The position numbers and the translations under genes are program-made. This document shows, in pieces, positions 1-13,590 of a stretch of DNA of 64,000 bases (within the stretch, counting starts at the first letter, position 1; each line of letters starts with the position of its first letter). Below the pieces are notes generated by a model, which did no database searches, had not been told where the DNA came from, and saw only the letters and a program-made list of their open reading frames with translations. The stretch is taken from NCBI GenBank assembly GCA_013265495.1, contig MU058039.1, positions 436,591-500,590 of the forward strand, in the 5' to 3' direction. The stretch is from Vicugna vicugna (Eukaryota).

Positions 1-500
1 AGAAGAAACTCATGGATGTCAAAATAAGGGAGCTGCCACATTGTATACTGATGCAGGATTTCACCCTTAAAGGCACTGGTGAAGCATTTCAAAGAGGTTA
101 CTGCCTGCATGACACAAAGGATGTCAATGTAAAAAAATTTAGCACCTGGAGTTTCTATGGAGCTGGCGATTTACCTGCTTTTCAGCTACTGCCTTTAGGA
201 CAGGTAACTCAAATGTGAGTGGCTATGCAGGTATCAATGAAGAGGGCCCCATGTGGAGGGTGCACTCCATCACTGACCATGACCTTTGCTTGGGACCCCT
301 CAGATCCTAATAGAGAATTAACACCCAATAAAAGATGACTGGGGCGGGGAGGGTATAGTTCAAGCGGTAGCTTGCATGCTTAGCATGCACAAGGTCCTGG
401 GTTCGATCCCTAGTACCTCCTCTAAAAATAAATAAATAAATAAACCTAATTACCTCTCCCACCCCCACCCCCCAAAAAAAAGACTGGTTAAAAAAAAATA
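1..500 (+). pseudogene. ATP5MF: Processed pseudogene of ATP synthase subunit f (5' end outside the window)
   Basis: Translates KKLMDVKIRELPHCILMQDFTLKGTGEAFQRGYCLHDTKDVNVKK, then after a frameshift GVSMELAIYLLFSYCL*DR*LKCEWLCRYQ* (TGA 238-240). This matches recalled subunit f (KKLLEVKLGELPSWILMRDF..GAFQRGYYRYYNKYINVKK..MVLA.YVLFSY..YKHLKHERLRKYH). It is intronless with internal stops, AATAAA at 327-332 and an A-tract at ~490-500. Confidence 0.9.
343..481 (+). mobile_element. tRNA-Ala-derived SINE (Vic-1-like)
   Basis: ggggagggtatagttcaagcggtag..cttagcatgcacaaggtcctgggttcgatcc (A/B boxes), (AAAT)n, cctaattacc, A tail; GACTGG direct repeat at 337-342 and 482-487. Confidence 0.9.
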
Positions 501-3123
501 ATGCCTAAACTAGCACTGATTATAAAAATGCCAAGTAACAGTTTGGAAATAAAATTCTACATGATATTAAAACAGAATATAGAGATGAGGAAAGGGGGAT
601 CAGAAAGTAGAAGAGTGTCATGGTTCTTATTCAGGAGAAGGCTAGATGGCTTTAGTGGGGATTTCACAGAATTCCTTAATTAAAGGTTTCGGAGTTTTGT
701 TTTCATTTAAGGTAACCATAAACTTATAGCAATAGCAAACATCATACTTAAAGAGGAACATTAGAAACACTCGCCTTAATTCAAGAACCAAGAGAAGAAA
801 ATAATTCTTCTACCATTCAGATTATACTGGCACTCTGAGTCAAAGCAATAAATAAAATTTAAATGTAAAAAATGGGTAGGAGGTATAAACTATCATTTTC
901 AAACAACCTGGTCATCTTAGTAAATAAGACAATTTCCTGGAAAACTTTAAAAAATATTTTTCATCATGGTTGCTATCTTCATGCAAAAATCAATACCTTT
1001 CTTGGATACTAGTAATGATTAATAGACAGTATAATCAAATAGTCCCAATCATGAAATCAACAAAATTTCTATCTACTATCTATGGATTAACCAAGCAAGG
1101 AATAGCAAGCTCTTTATCTAAAAGTGTAAAGACTTAACAAGACACAGATGAACACCTGCTTAAAGAGAGAAACTAGTATTAATGATGGAAGACTCAATAT
1201 TATAAAAAATGTCCATTTTTATTTTTCCCTTTAAGCATGTTGGCTGCCTAGATTATAATGAAACCGCTTGTTGCAGTTTAACAGAATTCCTTTGGTAAAT
1301 AGGCATATATGGATGATCTTGAGTTTTTTCATTGTGCTTCTGTGTATCTTCTCAGTTTTTAGAAAAATTTATAAAAAGCAAGTGTTTAAAGTGTTTAGAA
1401 AGATTTAATACTGTCATATATTAAAGGATATTAAAATAGCAATAGTAATTATAATAGTGTGATATTTTATGCATTTTCCTGTGTCTACATACTATAATGT
1501 GTACATGTATATATTTATGAACATATATATAAAATATATATGTACATACATATTTTGGAAAAGGCAGCAGGAAACAATGATGGAGGAAGAATTATTCAAT
1601 AACTAGTACAGTGTAAAAAGTTGATTAAAAAGGTCACATTAGAGCCTCAGTTAATTACACCCCTCCACAAATTGGGATGATAGAAAATTACATGTCAAAG
1701 CTACCAGCAAATTAAGTCATAACGTTAGAAGCAAAGAGCTATGAAAGTTGTATATATCTCATAAATTTAAGATCAGAAATAAAGGTAATTTCCAAGGATA
1801 TAACTGTATCGTTAGTAAAAGCTTTGATCTAAACTAAGATTCATGATCAAAAGAAACAGTGAAAATTTTTGCAACGAGATAGTGTTAATGTTTCATAGTA
1901 TACAAGTGCATTCCTATTGACAAGGGGCATATTAAAGACAATAACAGCAAAAACAGGTAAAGGACCTGAGCAGCCAATGTACACATATAAGCAAACAATT
2001 GTGGAAAATATGTCTGTACATAAGAAATAGCAATAAACATAAATAATAAACAGAACAGAATATTATTTTTATCCTTGGATATATACTTAGAGGTGGCATT
2101 GAGGGTCATAGGATAGTGTATCTTTCTCTCAGTTTTGTAGAAAAGATAAAGATACTCTTATAAGAGCTAGTGTGTTTATGCTGAATGACTTTTCTTTAAT
2201 CCTTTGTGTTCCCAATACCTACCTGAACAAATCTATGTTCTCTAAGGATAACTACGTACGTTGCATTACTGCTTAGAAAAGTATGGCTAGCAGTTCCTGA
2301 GTGATGAATGTATCAGTTAAGTCTCATTGCTGTTTTCCTTCATGTCTTCCTGACCTTCTAGCCATAATGTTCTTCAAAAGCTGTTGAAACATCTTATCCT
2401 AATAATCTCACTTTGTGTCTAACATCAGTGTAATAAAAAATGTAAAAGACATGTAGCTTACTGCATGAATTCATTCACTTCCCGAGGTCCCATGGCTTTA
2501 AAACAATTTGGTGCTTGCTAGCATGCCTTCCATCTACATCTTCAGAGGTACATCATCTGACTTCTTCTAGAGGCCTTTATCACCCCCTGCTTTAGATTTA
2601 TTCTTTTAAGGATTACATTTTTCCTGCTTAAATTATAAAGATCCAAAGGATAACAACTATATTTTTAATGCTAATCTCCAAGCCCTAGCACAGGGCCTGG
2701 CATATTGTAATTAATAAATATCTGATAGTTATGGAGAAATTCAATGTATTCAATCATTGGGAAAGAGCTATAAAATGTACAATGATATGTGCACATGGAT
2801 ATATATCAAGAAATAATGTATAATAAGCAAAAGTTAGAAACAAATACCTAATAAAAGGTAAATAAATTATGATCACAATAAGGTGATATATTGATCACCA
2901 ATAAGGTAATCAATAATGATGGCATAGCCCACAAACCTGTTAAGAACAATATTCCTGATGAATTACTGAGATGGAAGGCATTAAAAAAATGCTTGACAGT
3001 GGGAGGTGATATTCAGTCATACTTTTTAAATGGGCTTTGTCAAACTTCCTAGATGTGAATCTCAGCTATCACAGTAACTAACCATCATGCTCTTGGACAA
3101 GTTAGTTTTGGGGGACAGTTTCA

Positions 3124-3510
3124 TCATCTTATTTTAAAACGGTGATAATAACTTAGGGCTAAGTAAAATACAATGAACAGATTTTGAAAACATACAATTG
3201 AAGCCCCAGAAGAAGGAAAAAAATAGAGAATGGGGCAGAATAATATTTGAAAAGATATTAGCTGGAAAATTCCCCAAACTAAATCCATCAGGCCATGGTT
3301 CAAAGAAGCTCTCAAAAGCCCAAGAAGAATAAATACACAGAAAATTCTGCTGAAAATCAAAGAAAACGGAAATGACAAAAAGTAGTGAGAAGTAACAAAA
3401 CTGAGAGCTGCCTCTCCAAGATAAAACTAAAGCCATAATAATGAAGTGATCTTTTCATCATCTGAAATAAATGTCAGACCAGAATTCTATACCACATAAA
3501 AACAGCCCTC
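3124..3510 (+). mobile_element. Old L1 ORF1 fragment
   Basis: gaagccccagaagaagg..gaatggggcagaataatatttgaaaagata..ctggaaaattccccaaac and cagaccagaattctatacc are typical L1 ORF1 motifs. Confidence 0.6.
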
Positions 3511-3514
3511 AAAG

Positions 3515-3990
3515 AAGTGGACTGGGCACTTATTCTTGAAATGGGTCTGCCTTACCTGGATATAATTCCACAATACTGAACGTGCTGTTCATCACCATAT
3601 TGTCCCACTCAGCACTGATTTTGACTATGGAACTCATTACACAGCAGAAGAAGTGAATCAAGAGCTAATATCCATGGATTCACTAGGTTTAGGCACACAT
3701 CTCCAGAATTAACTGACACTATACAACGCTGGAAAGACCTACTGAAGAATCCATTATGTTATCAGCTAAGAGGAATATCATGTAATGTTGGGGACACTGT
3801 CCTGTAAAACGTATTTACCTTAAACCAGAGATGAATACATTGTACTATTTCTCCAGTAAACTTATATATACAGATGGGTTCAGGAACCAAAAGTGGAAGG
3901 AAGTCACCCTAGATATTCTTGTATCTCACCACAATTTTTGCTTCCCATCACTACAATATTGCGTTATGCTAGTTTAGAGATCTTACTTGT
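3515..3990 (+). mobile_element. Degraded ERVL internal (integrase-region) fragment
   Basis: gactatggaactcattacacagcagaagaagtg..ccatggattcactagg resembles the ERVL integrase SDQGTHFTA..HGIHW region. Confidence 0.55.
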
Positions 3991-4615
3991 ATTCTGATAA
4001 AATTTAAATTCTCAGTTTCCATTCCTAGCCAAAAAGAATCACAGCATACAAGATAAAGACCTTTTGCACTTTCTGAGATAAGCAGATGCTGGCTAGCATT
4101 TGTGGAAGATGTGCCAGAGAGCTAAAACTGTCATCATCCTGTGCCAGCAATAAGGCAGCTCCATCACACTGTATCTGGAAATCTGCTCAGGCTGTGTGTT
4201 TTGAGCACAGTCCTGACTACCAAGATACCCCAGGAATAACCTGCCTAGGTTTTCCTCCCAGCTGGTGGACAACTTCAGATGCTCTGTGTACATGAAGCCT
4301 GTCTACCATCCTCACCTTGCAGTAACCAGGAACTTGATTTAAATGGGAACCACAGAGTCATAATATAAACCCCAAAATATTGAGGATACAATAATTATAT
4401 ATACATACACATCAAAAATTGGGGGAAATCTCAAAGCAAATGACAAAGAAATAATAGATGTCAACAGGAAGTTGATACAGATATTGGAATTATCTGACAT
4501 GGATTTTTTTTGACATGGATTTTTAACTACAAAAACTCATCCAAGATGAATAGTCTGATACTTGTTAAAGTAATTAAATCCATAAATTACAACCTTCAGA
4601 AGACATCTCCAGGCC

Positions 4616-5102
4616 TGTATATAGTCAGGGTTTTTCAGAGAAAAACAGTACCAATAGGATATAAAAGGAGATTTGTAATGAGGCCTTGCCTTATGTGATT
4701 ATGGAGGCTGAGAAATCCCCTGATCTGCCATGTGCAAAATGGAGATGCAGAAAAGCCAATGGTATAATTCAGAGTCCAGAGACCTGAGAATCAGTGGAGC
4801 CAATGATGTAGATCCCAGTCTGAGGACAGGAGGAGATGAAGTGAGATGTCCCAGCTCAAGCAATGGGTACAAAAACAGATGAGGTGAGAATTTCTCCTCC
4901 CTCTATTTGTTCTATTCAGGCCCTCAATGGACTGGATAATGCCCACCCACATTGGAGAGGGCAACTTGCTTTACAGAGTCCACTGACTCAGATGCTAATC
5001 TCACTCAGAAACACCCTCACAGACATACCCAGAAATAATATTTAGCCAGATATCTGGGCGTCCTCTGATCCAGTCAAGTTGACACAAAATTTAACTATTA
5101 CA
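4616..5102 (-). mobile_element. MLT2-type ERVL LTR
   Basis: TG..CA ends; tgtatatagtcagggtttttcagagaaaaacag..gattatggaggctgagaaatccc..caagttgacacaaaatttaactattaca; polypurine tract adjacent (reverse of tatccacccc). Confidence 0.85.
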
Positions 5103-5921
5103 TATCCACCCCATGTCAGTTTGGCACTCATAGTGTTCTCCATAAATCATACTTAATCTCCAAATAAAAACAATAACAAGGCCATAATTTCACCTAACAT
5201 AATACAGCTGTCCTGGGTACAACTCACTTTTTCCCCAGAAGAGGATGAAAAGTCCTTGGGTGATCTTTTACTTTTCTCCTAGGTACCCTATAACCTAAAT
5301 ACTATGATGTAAAATTAACAATACTAGATACTATGGTATGAAAGTCAATCCTTGAAGACTATGATGTAAAGTTACATGATAAGGAAACAAGAAAGAAAAG
5401 AAGTCCAGGATGAACACACATTCATAACAAAATCAGGAGGCATACTCATGACAATTACAGCCCTTATTTCTATAACTAGTCACTTGATCGTGCTTCTTTA
5501 CCAGATTTCCATTCCTGAAAGGTCTGGGTCTTTAGTAGTCTTGCCTGGATTGAGCTGTTTTCCACTGACCTTAGTCACAGGTAATAAGAGATGCTCTGTG
5601 ATCGCCTGTATTCCAGATGTACTCTTCCTTACCTCCACTGTGGAACAGTAGTCCAGTTTCTCCTTGGTAGTCAGGATCAGTCACTGAACCAACGCTGTCA
5701 ACTCTTCTTTGCCCGTTGATTCAGAGGTGTGAGGCCAAAGTGGCAGGAGGAAGTCTGAAGTTCCAGTTCACTGGAATCATTGTTGTGTCACCTGGTGGAA
5801 GCAGTCTTCCCTCTGGAACCAAGACCTCTAACCCAGCAGGGCATAAAGTCATGGGAACAAGAAGCATAAATTTTGATAGTGGGTCACTAGGGGTAACAGT
5901 GATACCACTCCCATTTCCAGC

Positions 5922-7093
5922 TGTAAAGGAAAACCTAGTTTTTCCCTGGGTGCTTCTTCCATGTGTGTCCTCTTTACTACTCAAAAGGAAATTTACTTCT
6001 GAGACTTCTGCTCACCAAATGTGTGTGTGGGGACCCTGCATCCCCACCAAGTAATCCTGTGCAACACCAGCTGGGTGTCCTACAATTCAACTCAGTTCTA
6101 ACACCATTTGCCTAGAAATAGTATCAGACACACAGGTTAAGGGCTCAGTCCCACAAGACTACTCCCCACTTCAGATGCCAATTTCAAGTAGTAGGTCTCC
6201 ATGTTTACAGCTTCTATTTTGAATTTGGCTACAAATTCACGGTTCCCATGCCTCCCTCCCTCAGGTTCAAGTAACCTGCTAGAGCAGTTCATGGAACTCA
6301 GGGAAGCACTTGCATTTACCTGTTTGCTGTAGAATATGATAAAGGATACAAATGAACAGCCAAATGAAGACACATAGGGTGAGACCTGGGAGAACCCCAA
6401 ACACAGGAGCTTCTGTCCTCATGGAATTTATATGTCACTCTTCCGGTGTGGATGTGTTCACCAACTTTGAAATTCTTGAATCCTGTACTTTTGGGATTTT
6501 TATGGAGGCTTCATCATGGAGGCAAGATGGATCATTAATTCCACTTCCAATCCTTCTCCCTTCTCTTGAGAAGGGTGGGCAGGGCTGAAAATTTCAAGGT
6601 TCTGATCATGCCTTAGTCTTTCTAGAGACCAGCCCTCATCCAGGAACCATCAAGGAGCCCACCTAGAGTTGCCCTGTTAGAACAGAAGATACCCCTATCA
6701 CCCAGGAAACTACAAGCATTTCAAAAGCCCTTTGTCAGGAGCCAGGTCAAAGATCAAATATTCGAATAAGATTTGCTGCTAGTGCTCTTATCTTTTAGGA
6801 AATTACAAAGGTTTTCATAGCTGAGCCAGGAACTAGAGGCAGAAACCTATGTGTATATATATACAGTTGACCCTTGAATGGGCTTGAACTGTGAGGGTCC
6901 ACTTATGCATGGATTTTTTTCAATAAACACCATGAGTACTACACAATCCAAGTCTAGTTGAATCCATGGATGTGGAAATGCAGTTATGGAGGGCCGACTG
7001 TAAAGTTGTGTGCAGATTTTCGACTGCATGGGGTGCTGGCACCCCTAATTCCCAAACTGTTCAAGGGTCAACACAATTTTCTGTTGTCTTACA
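5922..7093. mobile_element. MER21-like LTR nested in the ERVL internal region
   Basis: TG..CA ends; caccagctgggtgtcctacaattcaactcagttctaacacc..aagggctcagtcccacaagact..cccacttcagatgcca is characteristic of the MER21 group. Confidence 0.75.
6864..7074. mobile_element. Tigger2-derived MITE nested in the MER21-like LTR
   Basis: Terminal inverted repeat cagttgacccttgaa ... ttcaagggtcaac, preceded by TA. Confidence 0.8.
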
Positions 7094-8339
7094 CCACTCC
7101 TTGACTCCTGTATCCATGAATCCTGGCAATTGGAGAAATTGCCATATATTGGGTGCTGATTCAGCGCATATGCAGCCTTCTGGAGAACACAGCCTCAGCC
7201 TGCAAGGTATTGTCAACAGCTGATTGTGTAACCGAGTCTTCAAAAGGTCATCCCATCACTCTATCAAGCCAGCTGCTTCAGAATGGTGGGAAGCATGGTA
7301 AGACCAGTGAACTCCATGAGCATGGGCCCATTGCTGTACTTATTTTACTGTGAAGTGAGTTCCTTGATCAGAAGCAATGCTGTGTGGAGTACCATGACAG
7401 TGGATAAGGCATTATGTTAGTCCATGGGTGGTAGTTTTGGCAGAAGCACTGCATGGAGGGAGGGCCAATCCATATTCAGAGTAAGTCTCTACTCTAGTAA
7501 GGACAAAATGCTGCTCTTTCCATGATGGAAGTGATTCAATTTAATCAACCTGCCACCAGGTATCTGGTTGAACACCCCTCGGGGAATGCTGTTATACTTG
7601 GGGGTTCAGTGTTTATCTGGTGCTGGCAGAGTGAGCACACAGCAGTGGCCAGTCAGGCGAGCCCTGGTGAGTGGAAGTCCATGTTGCTGAGCTCATGCAT
7701 AAAGTCCATCTTTTTCACCATGACCACTCTGGGTATTAACGGGGATGGCTAGGGAAAAAAACTGCTATCCACAGAATAGAACATCTTATCCACTCAATTA
7801 TTAAAATCCTCCACTGAGATCACCCTTTAGTAAGTATTTATACAGGACACAAATATCTTAAAAAATTTCTCAGAGTGGTCTATCCACACATCTCTTCCCC
7901 AGACTTCATTGTCACCAAATTTCCAAACATGTCCCTTTCATCATTATCCTACATCCTTAGTAGCCATTCCCATACTTATTTCCTGGATTTTTGTATAAAT
8001 TAGAAAATCAAGTAGTCCTTTTGGAGTGTAGCACACCTCCACAGGCCCCGAAATAAAGAGGGGTGGTGGGCATGGTTTCTGAGGAGAATCAGCATTGTTC
8101 TGCATGGTAACTGCTTCAGGAGAGGTCTTCATGGTTTCTTCAGGCAGTGCAGGGTTAATCTCCTCAGGTGGAGGTGGAAATGCTGAAGCCACTGTATAGG
8201 GATGCCACTTCCACTGGTAAAGACTCTGAACTTAGGAGCTAAATGTCTCCAGCTTCATAGGAGTCTTCCCACATGTCCCCATGCCAATTTACAGAATCCT
8301 ATTCTTTCCCAATTAATGCTGTCATTGTAAGTCATTTAC

Positions 8340-9116
8340 CTTAAGTCATTTCACACTTCTTGCATTTTATTATAATCAGCCAGAAGGAGCCAAGCTACAC
8401 CCTTAATTTCATTGCTCAGAAGTTCTACTTTCCACAAAACACTAAAACACAAACACAATTTAACAAAGTTCTTTGCCACTTTATAAAAAGAATGACCTTT
8501 CCTCCAGTTTCCATTAACACGTTCCTCATTTCCACATCAGACTGGTCTTTACTGCCATTCATAATTACTTATCCTCTAAGAAGATTGAAGTTTTTTTCTT
8601 CAGCTCTCCTCTTTTCTGAGATTTCACCAGAATCAGCCTTAACATTCGTATTTTTTGCATGCATGTAAAAACTTTTTCAGCCTTTATCCACTCACTATTC
8701 AGCTCCAAAGCTGCTTCCTCATTTTTAGATATTTGTTACATTAGCACCCCACTTCTGGTACCAATTTGTCTTAATCAGCTCTATATCACAGTACCATAGA
8801 CTGGGTGGCTTATAGACAAATTTATTTCTCACAAGGTTAGAGGCTGAAAGTCTGACGTTAAGGTGCCAGCGTGGTCAGTTTCTGGTGAGAAACACCTTCC
8901 AGATTAAAGACTGCCATTTTCTTGTTATATTCTCACATGGCAGAAGAGGGTGAGAGAACGCTCTGCAGTCCCTTTTATAAGGGCACTAATCCCATTCAGG
9001 AGGGCTCCACCCTCATGACCTAGTTACCTCTGAGAGGCCCCATCTCCTAATACCATCACATTGGGGGTTAGGATGCCAACACATGAACTTTGAGGAGACA
9101 CATTCACTCCATTGCA
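8340..9116 (-). mobile_element. MLT1A-type MaLR LTR (8767-9116) with adjacent internal sequence
   Basis: catagactgggtggcttatag..tttatttctcac..ccttttataagggcactaatcccattc..catgaactttgaggagacacattcactccattgca; the internal start reads aattggtaccagaagtggggtgct on the minus strand. Confidence 0.85.
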
Positions 9117-9500
9117 AGGCCTAAATGGTATTACTGGAAAATTCTACCAAACACTTGAAGAATAATTAACACCAATTCTACACTACCTTTTCCAGTAATC
9201 AAAAGGAGGCAACACTTCCAAACTCATGTTATGAGACCACCATCAATCTGACACCAAAATGAGACAAAAGAATACAACAAAACTATAGACTTTCATGAAT
9301 ATAGATGCAAAAATCCTCAACAAATTAGTAAGTCACAGCAAACCCACTGAAATATATATTTTCAAGTATACACTACAAATGGAGTTTATCCCAGTGATGC
9401 AAAGCTTAGTCAATATTTGAAAACCCATAAAGGTAATCCATCATATTAAGTATATTAAAAAAATCACATCACACTCATTTTATCAACTGATGCATATTTT
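9117..9500 (+). mobile_element. L1 ORF2 fragment (continues the piece at ~4560-4615)
   Basis: aggcctaaatggtattactggaaaattctaccaaacac..atagatgcaaaaatcctcaacaaa. Confidence 0.8.
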
Positions 9501-11748
9501 AAGTAGAATTTCAAGGAAATAGAGAGGATTCATGATAGTTTTTATAGGTAGCAAAGGGTTCTCAAAGTTATAAAGGGCCTGAGAGCTCAGGGAGGAAAAA
9601 TCAAACATATGGTGCTGTCATGAAAATGCGGCCTCAACGTAAAGATGAAGCCAACTTTCATCCTTTCTGTGAAACAGCAGGGCTTCTAAGAATTTTAAAG
9701 TCATTTTTCCACAGTAGCCTCACAGGGTACCCAATACAGAGAACAGCCCATTGACCTTCTGTCTAATTACATGAACCCTAATAAAATAAAAATAATAGAA
9801 AATACAGTGTTTAAGAGAACTGTACTACTTGAAGTGCCGTAAGCTTGAATTTAATGGGACAGAAACATTACAAAGTAAAAAAGGGCCTTTGGATCTTTAA
9901 ACATCCACAGGCTAAAAAACAGTCTGAGAAAACTACTCAGCTGTACACATGGGCTACATTTTACGGACAGAAGGAAAAAAAATAATCCTGCATGAGTCAG
10001 GGTAGAACCGAGGAGGCCTCAGTATGTAAGCATGCTACTTAGAAGCAGACACACGTTTAAATTGGGTCTGTATTATGTAGTAATACAACCCACTGAATAT
10101 TCCAGCTTCCCACCACAGCAGGGAAACTGAGATGTTATATTCTTTCTTCAGAACTAAGTATTCAAAACCTCATGTATATTTTACATGTATAAAACACCAT
10201 TTTAATTTATACTAGCCATAATTCAGGTTCTCAAGAGCTCTACATGTTGCTCCCATCTACCTTATTAGACAATATGATATTAATTCCATTAATTTCCATA
10301 AATTGTTGTAACTGCTCTTTTTACTCTTTAAATGTATGAAGTAATATGGGACAAGCACTACACAGATGTAGCAATAGGTGAACTAGATAAAATCTGGATT
10401 TTCAACCTTAATTTCCCAAATACGTTATAGCACACTTAATATCCCTGTGTGCAGAGCTTTGGCAAAGTCCGTATGTTCTGATATGCAGCCATTTATAAAA
10501 GTCATTCACTTCAAGCTGGTTGTAATTTCATATTTTATCTTTAAGAAAACATTATGGAAAATGTCAAATACATGAAAACAGCAAAAACAAAATAAACAAG
10601 CAAAAACCATGTACCCAAGGCTTATCTTACCATGATTCTGATGAACAAGTTATCCATCCACACTTCTTTTACACGAGCATTTTAAAGGTAGTTCTAGACT
10701 TACCATCTTATGTGTATAAACTTCCTAATTCACCTCTAAGACACTTTCACATAAACACAATGCTATTATCACATCTTACAAGAACATAATTTCTTAATAT
10801 TATCTAATACTGTCAATATTCCCATTTCCCCAACTGTTATAAAAATGTCTTATGTTTGTTCAATTTGTGGTCTAAAAAACCACTCATTCATTGCATTTGA
10901 TTGATATATCTCTTCAAACTCTTAATATCTAAGAGTTCCATCTCCCCTTTTTCCAGTGCCATTTTATTGGTTGAGAAATTAGGTCATTATTCTTGTAGAA
11001 TTACCCACATTTTAGATTTGTCTGCTTCTTGTTGTGCCACGTAATTTGTTCTTCTGTTTACTGCATTTTCTCCAAACTGGGAGTTAGATCTTGATAGGTA
11101 ATTAGGTTCAGGTTCAATATTTTTAGGCAATGTTATATCTTATTGTATCTTTTTAGGAGGCACAAAATGTTTTGTCTCATTTTTTATGAGATTAAAATTA
11201 ATCAGTGGGTTCAGATGTTGTCAACCTGATCTGTTCACTAAGAAGTTTGTATCAACCTCACCTAATGGTCTTAACAACTCTACGGAGAATCATGCCTAGA
11301 TTCATTAGGTCATTATATGTTGCAAAATTCTCTAATAAAGAACTTTAACTCATCAACTTCTAGTTGCCTTGAAATGTAAGGAAATCCAGGCTAACTGACT
11401 TTTCTTTCCTTTTATCTATCAATTTCCAGAATGAGCTGGTGCCTTGGCAGCCTCCATAGGTATACTGTACAGATGAAAAAAGAAGTGATAATAGGTTAGG
11501 ATCAAAAGCTTTTCCACATTCACTCCTTTAAGAGTTTCTCTGAAGAAGGAATTTCCTAAAGTTTAACATGATTTGAGTGGTGATGAAAGATTTCTATGTA
11601 TTAAGTTAACATGTTCTTTTAAATAAAATCTCTCATTTTAATTCTAAGCATGAAGCAAAAGGGATCCCTACAATCAAACACATTTCCTCCAGAATCTATT
11701 TTCTAATGATCCTTAACACAAAATTCACGATGGATGGCTTTCTTATAA

Positions 11749-13152
<1,404 letters not shown>

Positions 13153-13402
13153 TTATTCTAGAAAAAGTAAACAAGTAAGCAAATAAAAACATTATAATAG
13201 GAAAAAATATAGAAAATACAGCCCTGATGAAGTAAAGTAAATGTGCTAAAAAGCTCTAAAATAATCACAAGTTTTTTAAAAAGCTAAGAGGAATGGAGAA
13301 AATAAGTTAAAATCAGATTAATTTGGAAGCAGATCAAAGTTAGAGAAAGTTAGATAAAGAAAAGTTACATAAAGACGTTAGATAATGTTAGATAAAGAAG
13401 CT

Positions 13403-13590
13403 TTTACTGTATAGCACAAGGAAGTATATTCAATATCTTGTAACCTATAATAAAAAAGAATATGAAAAGGATATATGTATGTATTTGTATGACTGAAACA
13501 TTATGATGTAGACCAGAAATTGACACAACACTGTAAACTGACTATACTTCAATGAAAATAATTTTGAAAAATTTAAAAAAAAAAGAATAA
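13403..13590 (+). mobile_element. 5'-truncated L1 3' end
   Basis: tactgtatagcacaaggaagtatattcaatatcttgtaacctata..aaactgactatacttcaat plus A tail; same family as 21600-21770 and 50740-50900. Confidence 0.85.

Larger units (their letters stand above)
5103..8330 (-). mobile_element. ERVL internal sequence (gag, RNaseH/integrase, dUTPase remnants), interrupted by an LTR at 5922-7093
   Basis: ORF 5721-5984 (LLVPMTLCPAGLEVLVPEGRLLPPGDTTMIPVNWNFRLPP) is ERVL dUTPase-like; ORF 7944-8192 (PPPPEEINPALPEET..) is ERVL gag-like. Confidence 0.85.

Noticed and set aside
343..420. tRNA-Ala-like sequences (also ~15850, ~16070, ~25230, ~61000)
   Set aside because: All carry the same non-tRNA tail and are mutually diverged, so they are SINE heads rather than tRNA genes
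1495..1555. Imperfect AT-rich palindrome
   Set aside because: Decayed (TA)/(CA) microsatellite; self-complementarity is trivial
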